A DNA stretch of 64,000 nucleotides, taken from positions 523,824-587,823 of the forward strand of contig JAAOMT010000479.1 in NCBI GenBank assembly GCA_016748015.1, written 5' to 3'. Shown here piece by piece: positions 26,900 through 37,586 of this stretch; position 1 is the stretch's first letter; each line of letters starts with the position of its first letter. The notes under the pieces are model-generated. The model saw only the letters and a program-made list of their open reading frames with translations, was not told the DNA's origin and searched no databases. The DNA comes from Geosiphon pyriformis uo1 (taxonomy: Eukaryota > Fungi > Glomeromycota). The translations under genes and the position numbers were made by a program.

Positions 26900-27860
26900 G
26901 GACTGTTACACTTCAATACTAAGCATTGCTATTATTTCCTGCAATGCCTGGAGGAAGATTCTTTGTATCTGTAAGCTTCGTTTTGGATAATAACAGGGAG
27001 CCCTAATTCCTCGGCCTTGCTAATCAGACATTGTCGAAAGCGATAATGCGCCCAACAAGCAGTTTCCGACCAATTTTTCGTGTAAACTTTCTTGTTTGCG
27101 ATTTGCCATGTCTAAAGGAGAAATGAAAATGGCATCAAATTTGTGGGTAGAGAATATAACTAATTTCCAGTGAATTTCACTTTACAGATATATAATTTTT
27201 TTCCGCATCCGAAAAATCGCCTTATCGAGTCGCCGGCCATTTTATTCTTACGTTTTGAGGATACTAATAACCTATCCTTTTTGCATAAGAGATCGTCCAA
27301 GCACTTGAATAGAATTTTAGCCAATCTTGCCTACATCTTTCATGGGAGAGTACCCTTTAAAAGGTTTACGGGCCCCGGGATCAATGGAAAATCCTTAATC
27401 TAGCCATCCGCTCGGGTCTCGCGATAATAATAGGTGAGCTGGCCATTCGATATTATCTTGTGAGGAACGGGCCACCTATTATTATGGCTCTTTTTCGAAA
27501 TGAAGATGCCACAAAGCACGCTTGTCATTATCCACAAGGGTAGTAGGCTTATAACCATGTGTAATAAGCATCGACGGATTATGGAAATGAGTGATACAGA
27601 AACGGTTCCATGTGGATTTTGAAAATTGCTGTGCACGAATTGTCATTTTTTGTCGCAGATCGAAATGATAGAGAGTGCGCTGGTAGACCTTGCCGATTCG
27701 CAGTACGTCTACCAATCAATGGTTCATCGATAATATTCGCGGGTCTTTGTAGAATCAGTTTTTTGTCTTCGTGTTTATTAGCATCTTTTTCTGCCCAAAC
27801 ATCTGTGTGTAAAGCTTAGGCTTATCTTTGATGGATTGAGAGTTTATCCAGCCCTATTGT
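26900..27860 (-). pseudogene. Possible decayed gene relic, product uncertain
   Basis: GC/CpG-rich, coding-like, several short overlapping frames with stops; no recognisable intact motif. Confidence 0.2.
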
Positions 27861-28440
27861 GATGAACTGATATTGGAATTTTTGGTATAAAAGTGGCAAT
27901 CTCAACTCCATTAGACAACAGTATTATAAGCAAATCTTGTCAAGCCCAATCATTGCTTTTGAGGATAATTTGAATACAATTTCATTAATAATATACAGTT
28001 GAAAGTGATAAGCTTTTATGTTTTTTGCTTATTTTTATGCTTTGTTGATGGTAAACAGCTTTCTTTGGACACAATAAATAAAATATTGTGTTATTTTTCA
28101 AAATAAAATATTATTTTTAATTGTAATTATATAATTTAAAGTTGCAATTATGTAATAATTAAATATTACATTAATTGTAACTTGATAAAATATTATTAAT
28201 TATAAAAATTAAAAGTAAAATTGGCAAAATAATATAAATTAAATTAAAAAAATTTATTATACTTATTGTAATACCAAAAATAATACAATAAATACATATA
28301 TAAAAAAGTTGCATTTAATAAAAATTTTAAAATAATTATAATTTTATCAAATAAATTATTAATATTAATAAACATATTTAATTTTTTATAAAATAAAATT
28401 AAAAAACCAAAAAATTGTTTTTTATTAAAATTATAACCAA

Positions 28441-28736
28441 TTTATATTTATATTTATTGAGTAAAGTTCAACTGCTATTTAGTACATAGAACTAAACTAA
28501 GTGATTTGAACTAAATACAACTTATGTACTTATTACATGTAACTAGCTACTTAGACCAGACAAAACAATACTATAGATCTATACAAATATGTATATTACT
28601 ACTTAATTCTAAAAAAAAAGACATAGTTTGTGATGACTAAAACTAACAGCAAAAGACTTAATAATACCAAGTAACCTAATCATATTATCTAAAAACACAG
28701 ACACCACACTACAAAATAATCTTAATACCAAGCCAC
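28441..28736 (-). mobile_element. LINE 3' end fragment cut by LTR insertion
   Basis: Minus strand GLVLRLFCSVVSVFLDNMIRLLGIIKSFAVSF...; 3' UTR similar to 3150-3290 and 13565-13690. Confidence 0.75.
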
Positions 28737-29482
28737 TGTTACTTATAGAAAAGCATATAAAAAAATAGTAGGAAAAACAAATAGACCAATAGAAAAATAA
28801 TAGTTAAATATGTAAGTACATTACTTAACAATATGAACATTGCTTAAGAAATTATAGCACATTGCTTAGGAATATAAGCAATCTTATAAAACTCAAATTA
28901 TGTATATATAACAAGAACATTAAAAGCAGAAAAAACAGAATTGATACCAAGATCTTTTCAATAAAAAAAACATCTTAGTTAGAATTATCAATATTAATAA
29001 ATAATTATTCACCATCTAAATCACTCTTCTTATTATTAATACTTTATATTGATAATATCCAATACTTGATCATACTAGAACAATAACTTTTGATTATGGC
29101 TATTAATAAAATACTAATTTTTATTGTCTTGGTTTAATTTTTTTATTTTTTTTTTCTCTAGTTTTGTTCTTTGTTGTTTACTAATTAATTAAACATGCAA
29201 AGATACTGACATCAGGATATAGCACTGATAAAAAACCCAGGAATAAGAGTAGACACTCATAATTAAGGATAGCTTACTAGAAGATTGCCGACTACCATGC
29301 TAAAAAAAGAATTGATGGAATTGTAATTCTAGAAAGCTACAGATAAAAACAACACTTGAATTTCTGTCTATTATACAAAAAACTCAACCAAAATTTTCAG
29401 ATATTACCAATTAAATCTGTTATTAAGCACTAAGTTATGAATTTGTTATTTAATTTAAAACTCCAAATAATCATCTATAACA
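28737..29482 (+). mobile_element. Solo LTR (variant U3)
   Basis: TGTTAC...TAACA termini; 3' half homologous to solo LTR 10298-11134. Confidence 0.85.
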
Positions 29483-29483
29483 C

Positions 29484-30025
29484 TGTTACTTATAAAATAT
29501 AGAAGATATATTAGCATATAAATTAACCAATCAGAAGTAGCCATAATAAATAAGAAATTCCAGGATTCCTCTAAAAGAAATTGCAGGATTCCAGGAATTT
29601 CAAGATTCTTGTACAAAAAATTCCAGGATTTCTCTTAAAGGAATTGCAGGATTTCAAGAATTCCAAGATTCTTGGTGTGAAAAATTGAGAAATTGAGGAA
29701 TCTCAATTATATATATATATTAGTAGTATTAGAAGTAAAAAAGAGAGACCTCTAAGTTTAGATTTGATCTAAACAACCTTCTACATCATAAATATCAATA
29801 AATAATTATTCACTATCTTAATCCACTTTCTACTATCAACACTTCATATTGAGAGTAATTAATACTTAACCACACTAGAACAATAACTCTTGATTATGGC
29901 TATTGACAAAATACTAATGTGTATATTGCCTTAGTTTATTTTTTTTATTTTTTTTTATTTTTTTTTCTTGCTTTATTTTCTTTGTTAACTTGATTAAAAA
30001 AATATACATGCAGAAATACTGTTAT
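29484..30025 (+). mobile_element. Truncated LTR (5' about 540 bp, A/B family) cut by element A LTR
   Basis: Starts TGTTAC, has the GGAATTCCA array, TATA-like tract and hairpins; stops abruptly at 30025. Confidence 0.85.
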
Positions 30026-30818
30026 TGTTACAGGTGACAATTTCTGGTGTTGGATTAAATAACAAACTCATAATTTGGTGCTCAAAGCTATTCTCATTGT
30101 CAATGATCTAAAAGTTTGGTATCTGAAGGTTTTGTATCTGAAGGATTTGGTTGAGTTCTTTGTATAATGGACAGAGATTCAATGGTGATAGTTTTATCTG
30201 TAGCTTCCCAAAATCACAGTTTTGTCAATTTTTTTTTCAGCTTGATGGCCAGTATTCCTCCTAGTAAGCTATTCTCAATCGAGTGTTCTACTCTTATTTC
30301 TGGATCTTTTACCAGTCACATTTATCCTGACGTCAGTGCTTCATACATTAATCCTCAATAGAGTTAGTAAACAACAATAAAATTAAAGCAGAAAATAAAG
30401 AAAAGAAAAGGAAATAAAGAAAGAAAAAAAATAAGCCAAGGTGATTTGCAAGTTAGTATTTTGTCAATAGCTGTGATCAAGAGCTATTGTTTTAGTGTGG
30501 TTAAGTGCCAATTACTATCAACACTTTATGTTGATAGTAGAAATGGATTTGAGATAACAAATAATTATTTATTGTGATTTGAAGAGTTGCTTAGATTAAA
30601 TCTAAACTAAGAGGTCTGTCTTTTCAGTTTCTAATCCTACTACTATATATACATAATTGAGATTCCTCAATTCCTTAATTCTTTACAACAGGAATCCTGG
30701 AATTCTTGGAATTCTGCAATTCCTGAGAGAAATCCTGGAATTCCACATTTTATTATGTCTACTTTTGATTGGTTAATAACTATGCTAATATATATTCCCT
30801 ATATTTCTATAAGTAATA
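30026..30818 (-). repeat. 3' LTR of element A (793 bp)
   Basis: Direct repeat of 60045-60883; PPT AAAAGAAGGGAATAA immediately upstream on the minus strand (30819-30833). Confidence 0.93.
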
Positions 30819-30831
30819 TTATTCCCTTCTT

Positions 30832-31460
30832 TTAATATTGAGCTCTGTTAAAATCTAACTCTGTTAATTCCCCTTTTTAAAGTATTTTCTGAATTTCATT
30901 TTCAAGAATTATTTGTGTTATTTGAGTCTGTAATTCTTCAAATTAAGCATTGGTGATCTTTCTTAATTGATTACTGGTAACCATGTCCATTGCTTTGTTA
31001 AGTAAGATTTCTGGTTGATCCTGAAATGCTGTGTGTATTCGGTATATAGCTCGAGCCTGTGTGAATAAGTTGTTCTTTCCCACAAAATGTTCTAATTATT
31101 GTAGTATTCTGGTATCGAATAATTGCTTTGTTTATCTGTATATAGATTCTGGATATTTACGTGTTGTTCCAAGTAAAAATAACAATAGTTTCTTGGAAAT
31201 TGTGGTATCCACCAATTCCAAGTTTCTTTAGTTAACTCTTAGTATAGTGACTTTTTTAATGACTTTTTTATTGCTAATTTTACTTTTGCCATGATTTTGT
31301 CAATGGTATTTTTTGTTTTCTTCTGTGTTTTATGTGGCAATGTTTTTTTAGTGTCTTGATATCAGATGGTTTGTTGATTAATTGTAATTTCCATCTGTTG
31401 GTGTTAAATCAATTGAAAGAGTTGTTGTGCTAGTAAGTGGATTTTGTCTGTAATTTTCAT
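30832..31460 (-). pseudogene. Element A ORF3 (unknown, non-env)
   Basis: MKITDKIHLLAQQLF...QARAIYRIHTAFQD...AQY*, homologous to 55144-55773. Confidence 0.75.
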
Positions 31461-31519
31461 TTTACTGATATTTCTTGTTGTGTCTACCATGTCTTTATAT
31501 ATTCTTTTGATGGATTAAT

Positions 31520-32896
31520 TTATGTATTGTTGTCAATGATGATGATTGATTCCAGATCTTGTGGAATCTCTTCTGGTTGGACTAATATTTTCTGTACTCC
31601 TAATTGTGGAATATTACTGGTAGATAGTAGTGTGATGTTGTGGTATGGTTTCAGTTGATCTCTATGTGCTGCTTTGGTTAAAATTTTGTTATCCAGTCTT
31701 AATTTGTAAGTTCCATTCCCTAGAATTTTTTCTATGTGAAATAGTCCATCCCATTTGGGGTCAAATTTTCCACTCCATTGTTTTTCCACTTTGGTACAAT
31801 GTAAGAGTACTTTGTCTTCAATCTTGAATTCAACTGATTTGTTTGATAGTTGATTATTATGTCTTTTTTTTTGTTTTTTTTGTGACTTTTGTATGTTATC
31901 AGCTGCTCTTTTTTGTTTGTTTTCCAATGTTTCCATTAAGTCATATGTTCTTCTCAACAAGATTTCCTGGAAATTTTTTTCTGTTATTGGTTCAGTTGGA
32001 TATGTGTTAACCTCTATCTCCACTGGTAATGTTGCTGTTCTACTATATACCAATTCAAACAGTGTTGCTTGTGTAGTGTCTTGTTTTATTGTCCGATAAG
32101 CAAATAATACTGATGGTATCAACAAATCCCAATCATTCTGGTTTTTTTGGCTGAGCTTAGCTATTGCTTCACACAATGTTCTATTGAATCTTTTGACTAA
32201 TCCGTTGGTTTGTGAATGATATGGTAATGATAATGGTCTCTTAATTCCGAATCTTTGGCTCAATTTTGTTAATGTTCTGTTTACAAAATGCGTTCTTTGA
32301 TCTGATAATAATTCTTTTGGACATCCATGTCGACAAATCAATTCCTGATAAACAAATTTGGCAATGGATTCTGCATCCACTCTTTGAATTGCTTTCACCT
32401 CTGGCCATTTAGTGAGATAATCTATGACTACTGCTATGTATCTGTTTCCTCTGTTAGTAATTGTTAATGGTCCAACTAAATCAATTCCAATACAGTCAAA
32501 TGGTTGTCCCACTTTGATTGGTTTTAATGGTTTACTGGGTTTTGTTCCTTCTTTTCGCTAACAAGTGTCACAATTTTGAACATATTAGATGATGTCTGGA
32601 TACATTGATGACCAATAGTATTTTTTTCTGGTTCTTTCCATGGTTGCTTCTTTGTGAAAGTGTCCTGCTGTTGGATGTGAGTGTATGTTAAATAATATTG
32701 TCTCTTTTTTTGGCTCTGTAATTACTCTGGTTGGTTGATCTAGATCTCTTCTATTTTTCTAATAAAGTATATTTTGGTGAGTGATAAAATATTTTGATTG
32801 TTGTTTTATACTTTTTCGTTCTATTTGAAATAAATTTTTCTTGAACTGTTGAGTGTTTATATAATATTAGAGTTGTTGATATTTTTGTATGTTCAT
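31520..32896 (-). pseudogene. Element A integrase ORF (HHCC, DDE, GPY/F-type C-terminus)
   Basis: ATG at 32896; HSHPTAGHF...CDTC; GIDLVGPL, LLSD, PYHSQTNGLV; KWDG.F.I...LGNGTYKL; no chromodomain seen. Confidence 0.9.
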
Positions 32897-32958
32897 CTTT
32901 TGTTATATTTTTTGTTGGTATTGTTCTGGTTTTGTTGTATTTTTGGGTTGAAATATTC

Positions 32959-35900
32959 TTAGATTTGTCTTATTCACAACAAATCATTAGCATTTCCATT
33001 GTCTTTTCCTTTCTTATAGTGTATAGTATAAGTATATTGTGATAGTGCCATTTTCTATCTGAATTGGTGGCCGTCATCAAATTTTTGCTTTTGAAGTGAT
33101 GTTAACCCTTTATGATCTGTGTATATATCAAACTTTTGGCTCAAGTATTCGTTCCACTTCATGACTGCCCAATAGATTGCTAAATTTTCTAGTTCTGGTG
33201 TTCCATAGTTCTTTTCGGCTGGTGTTAGACCTCAGCTGGCATATGTTACTGAATGTTCTCTGCCGTCTGGTCCCTTTTGAGATAGTACTGCTCCCAATGC
33301 TTGGTCTGATGCATCAGTAGTAATAATGAATGGTTTATTGTGATCTGAGTAAATTAGTATTAGAGCTTAAATGAGTTTTCTTTTCAGAATATCAAAAGCT
33401 TTTTGTTGACTTTCTGTTCATTCATATTTGGTATTCTTGGTTTGCAGATTATTGAGTGGTTGAGCTATCTTTGAAAAGTTCTTTATAAAGCATTAATAAT
33501 AGCTTGCGAATCCCAAGAATGATTTCAATTCAGTCATATTGGTTGGTACTGGAAAGTTCTTTACTATCTCTATTTTCTCTGGATCCATTTTGATGCCATC
33601 TTTGCTGACTATGTGTTCCAAGAATTTTAGTTCTGTTTTGCCGAAGAAGCACTTTGTTGCATTTAACTTTAGTCCTGCTCTTCTTAGCCTTTCGAACACT
33701 TGTTGAAGATGATAAAGATGATCATCAAATGTTTTTGAGAATACATTGATGTCATCCAAGTATACAACTACTGATTTCCACAATAAGCCAGTATAAACAA
33801 TTTTTATTAGCCATTGGAAAGTGGCTGGGGCATTGGTTAAGCCAAAGAGCATTACTTCAAATTCAAAATTCTCTTCTCTAGTAATGAATGCCATCTTCTT
33901 CTTGTCAGCTGGATCCATGACTATTTGTTAGTAACTACTGTCTAAGTCTAATGTTGAGAACCATTTGTTTCTGCCAAAAGTGTCAAACAATTCTTGTATT
34001 CTTGGGGTTGGATAGCTGTCTCCATGAGTTACACTATTGAGTTTCTTGTAGTCTACACAAAATCAGATTTTTCCATTCTTCTTATGGATGAGTACTACTA
34101 GTAATGACCATGAACTCATTAATGGCTGAATTAGCCTATTGTCAAGCATTCGATTGATTTCTTGATGGATGATTTCATGGCTGGCTGGTAGCACTCTGTA
34201 TGCTCTTTGTTTGATCAGCATTGTATCTCCAGTTTTGATCTGGTGTTAGATGATGTCAGTTCGGCCAAACTCATTTTCACTGGCAAAAATGTCATTGAAA
34301 TTGTTAAGCAACATCTTGAGCTGCATACGTTGGAGTGAGTCTAAGTTTCCTATGTTCATTTGTTCCAATTGTTCTGGTTGGAGCAAATAACATTTGCTTT
34401 GTCTGTATATTGTTTGTAATGTGATATTAACATATCCACAAAGTTGTGGAAAGTCTGGAATGGTGCTTGGTGGTTGATCCTCTATTTCAGTACTTAAGTA
34501 TCTAATGGTGGTTCTGGCTGGTATTACTATAATATTTCTTGTGTTATTATAGATGGGAATTTTGATGTAGTTGTAATCTTTGGCTGGTATATGGAGATTG
34601 ATGAGTCCAATCTCTTCTGATTCACAAAGAGTTGGTTTTGCTTCAAAAATCTGATTCTGTTCTTTTACTTTCTGGTTTATTCTTACCATGTACTGGCCAT
34701 ATGGTGGAATAGAAATTACTTGACCCATTGAGATAATTTTTTCTTGGTTAACAATTTTTTCTTCTGCCATATTGACTGGTACATCTATTCTATTCATTGA
34801 TCCAAATCCCTGCATTCCTCTTGTTGTTATCTCTAATTCCTCCTTATTTCCTATTGACACTAATTGGGCTATTTTAACTAGAGACAAGAATATTGCCTGT
34901 GTTATCTTTTCATTTGGCTCTATAATATAAGTCTTTTCTGAGTCATTTTGTAGCATAGCAATAATATTTTTTATGTATTCTGCATCAATTATTCCTCCTT
35001 TGATGTTTATCCCTCTTTTTGCTAAACTACTCCTAAATGCTAGTTGAACTATTGTTGTTGTTAGAATTTTTAAAGCTACTTTCAGATCAATGCAGGTGTG
35101 TGAATGTGGTTCCAATTTGATGGCATCTTTTCCAGGATATTTCAGATCAAATCCTGCATTGGTATCATACACATGTTCTGACATGATACCTTTATTATTG
35201 TTACTATACCATTTGAGTTCCTGCTCTTTAAAGAAATCAGAAAGCACTATGTATATTTTGGGGTTCAAGTTGGAGTCTGAATCATAGATTTTCTCATTGC
35301 CATATTGCGCAGAGCTGGAACCAGTGTTTTCGTCATCTTCGTTGTTAGAGTTAAAATCAGGATTGAACATTGATTCTGATTTCGATGTGCAGCTGCTGAT
35401 TGGTTCTTTTTCCTTGGGGATTGTGTAGATCATACATGGTGATGGATTGTAGATGAGGTTACACTCATTACAATACTGAAAGTTATATGAAATTAAACAG
35501 TAGTCACATAATCGAGTGTTTAGCTGTGCTAACTGCTCTTTTTGTTTTTCTCTTGTGAGTGCTAGTCATTGGTAATATTTGTGGAATTTCTTAGGATTGT
35601 CCTCAATATTGCCAAAAACATTGAACATTGCAACATATTCTGGCTTTGAGAGGGATAATGGATTGGTTTTGATTTCCCGCAACTCGCTAACTGTAGCTCC
35701 TTCTGCCATTGCATATGCCATTCTTCAGATCTCATGTTCATCATGTGGGTAGTCTTCCAGATGTCTTAAGGCTTGTTTCCATGCATTGTCGATTGAGATC
35801 CCTTTCTGTACCCAATTGTTTATTAGGATTGTGTACTGGCATGTTTCATCACATGTTTCTTTTCATCCTGGAATGTCATTTTACATTCCTTTGTCTAGAA

Positions 35901-36658
35901 GCATTTCTTCGCATGCTAGACATGACGTATTGTCTTATTTTTCTACTTTTGGTGGTTGGTCATTGTGTTCAATGACATATGGGTGACAATAGTATCATGT
36001 TGCTGTTTGCCAATTTTCATCATTGCCACAACATGCACCCATTGCCGATAATTTCTTGCCACATGTAACGCATATAAGTTTAGGTTGACAGTAGGTGGTC
36101 TGAGATTGTATAGAATATGAGACATATGTAGGAGTGATAGATTGTGCTGGCTCTTTTTTTTGTTTCTTCCCTTTTCCTTTTTCTTCTCAAGTCCATTCTG
36201 TGGTTGGTTCGTTTTGGCTGTGATCATTCCAAGATCTCTGATTTGTTCCCCAAGTAAGTTCTTCTTCCTCTTTCTTTTTCTCTTTGTTGTCCCATGAAAG
36301 TATAGATGGCAGTTTATTGTGGTTGACATTGGCTTATGAAACCTGATATGCTTTTCATGTTGGTTTCTTTGTTTCCTCCTCAAGTTCAATCAGTGGCTGT
36401 GAGTTAGTTGGTTTAAAGTGGCTGTATACTGCTGGTGCCCAAGTATGTTGACTGTTTTGGCTCAGTTGGAGCTCTTATGTCATCCAATCAAGTATGGCAT
36501 TTGTTTTGGATAGCCAATCATTTCCAACAAGAGCTTGGTACTGAGTGGCTTCCATCACAAGAACTTTGATGGATACTGTGATGCTGTTAATTTCAATAGG
36601 TAGGTTGTCTATTTCACCTATTGGAGTTTTGATCACTCTATCAGCTGTGATTATATGC
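32959..36658 (-). pseudogene. Element A polyprotein 3' part: protease C-terminus, Cys-rich domain, dUTPase, RT, RNase H
   Basis: AGFDL, RSSLA, GGIIDAEY, RGMQGFGS; FGLTNAPATFQ, YLDD; ITDASDQALGAVLSQ; ends RQI*. Confidence 0.92.
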
Positions 36659-37527
36659 TGTTACTCACAGAAATATAGGAAATATAGTAACATGATTATT
36701 AGCCAATTAGAAATAGACATAGTAAATATGGAATTCCAGAATTCCTCTCAGGAATTGCAGGATTCCAGGAATTACAGAATTCTCACACAAGGAATTGCAG
36801 GATTCCAGAATTCCAGAATTTCTCTCAAAGGAATTGCAGAATTCCAGGAATTCCAGGATTCCTGTCGTGAAGAATCAAGGAATTGAGGAATCTCAATTAT
36901 GTATATATAGCAGTAGCATTAGAAGCTGAAAAGACAGATCTCTTAGGTTAGATTTGATCTAAGCAATCTTCTAGTTTCCAATCATCAAATAAATAATTAT
37001 TTCATATCTCAATCCACTCTCCACTATCAACACTTCATGTTGATAGTAATTAATACTTAACCACGCTGGAACAATAGCTCTTGATTATGGCTATTGACAA
37101 GATACTAACTTACCAAATTGTCTTGGCTTACTTTCATCATTGTTATTTTTTTTATTTTTTTTATTTATTTCTTTGATTTTGTTGTGCATACTAATTGATT
37201 GAGGATTAAAAGCGTTGAGTTATTGACGTTACGAATAGTCTGGTAAAAGACCCAGAAATAAGGATAGATTAATATATATTATTAGTTAGCTTACCAGAAG
37301 GGCATGACTGCCAGAATAAATCTGGCCACCAAGCTAAGAAAGAAATTGGGAAACAACTGATAACAAACAACGAATTGTCACACTATTAAATCTCTGTCCA
37401 TTATACAAAAAACTCCATCAAAATCTTCAGATACAACACTTTTAGAATATCATCAATGGAAATAGCTTTTGAACACCAAGTTATGGGTTTGTTATTCACT
37501 CAACACTCCAAAAATTCAAGCATAACA
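36659..37527 (+). repeat. 5' LTR of element B
   Basis: TGTTA...TAACA; same length as 55787-56655. Confidence 0.95.
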
Positions 37528-37529
37528 TT

Positions 37530-37546
37530 TGGTGCTCCCTGTGAGG
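37530..37546 (+). promoter_or_regulatory. Primer-binding site of B (TGGTGCTCCCTGTGAGG)
   Basis: 2 nt after the LTR; complementary to a tRNA ending GGAGCA-CCA (Ile-UAU, elongator Met or Thr type; not resolvable by eye). Confidence 0.85.
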
Positions 37547-37586
37547 TATAATCCTACAGAGAACCAGCACCAACAACTAATCAACA

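Noticed and set aside
36728-36890. CRISPR-like array
   Set aside because: Short tandem units without unique spacers, inside LTRs, eukaryotic context.
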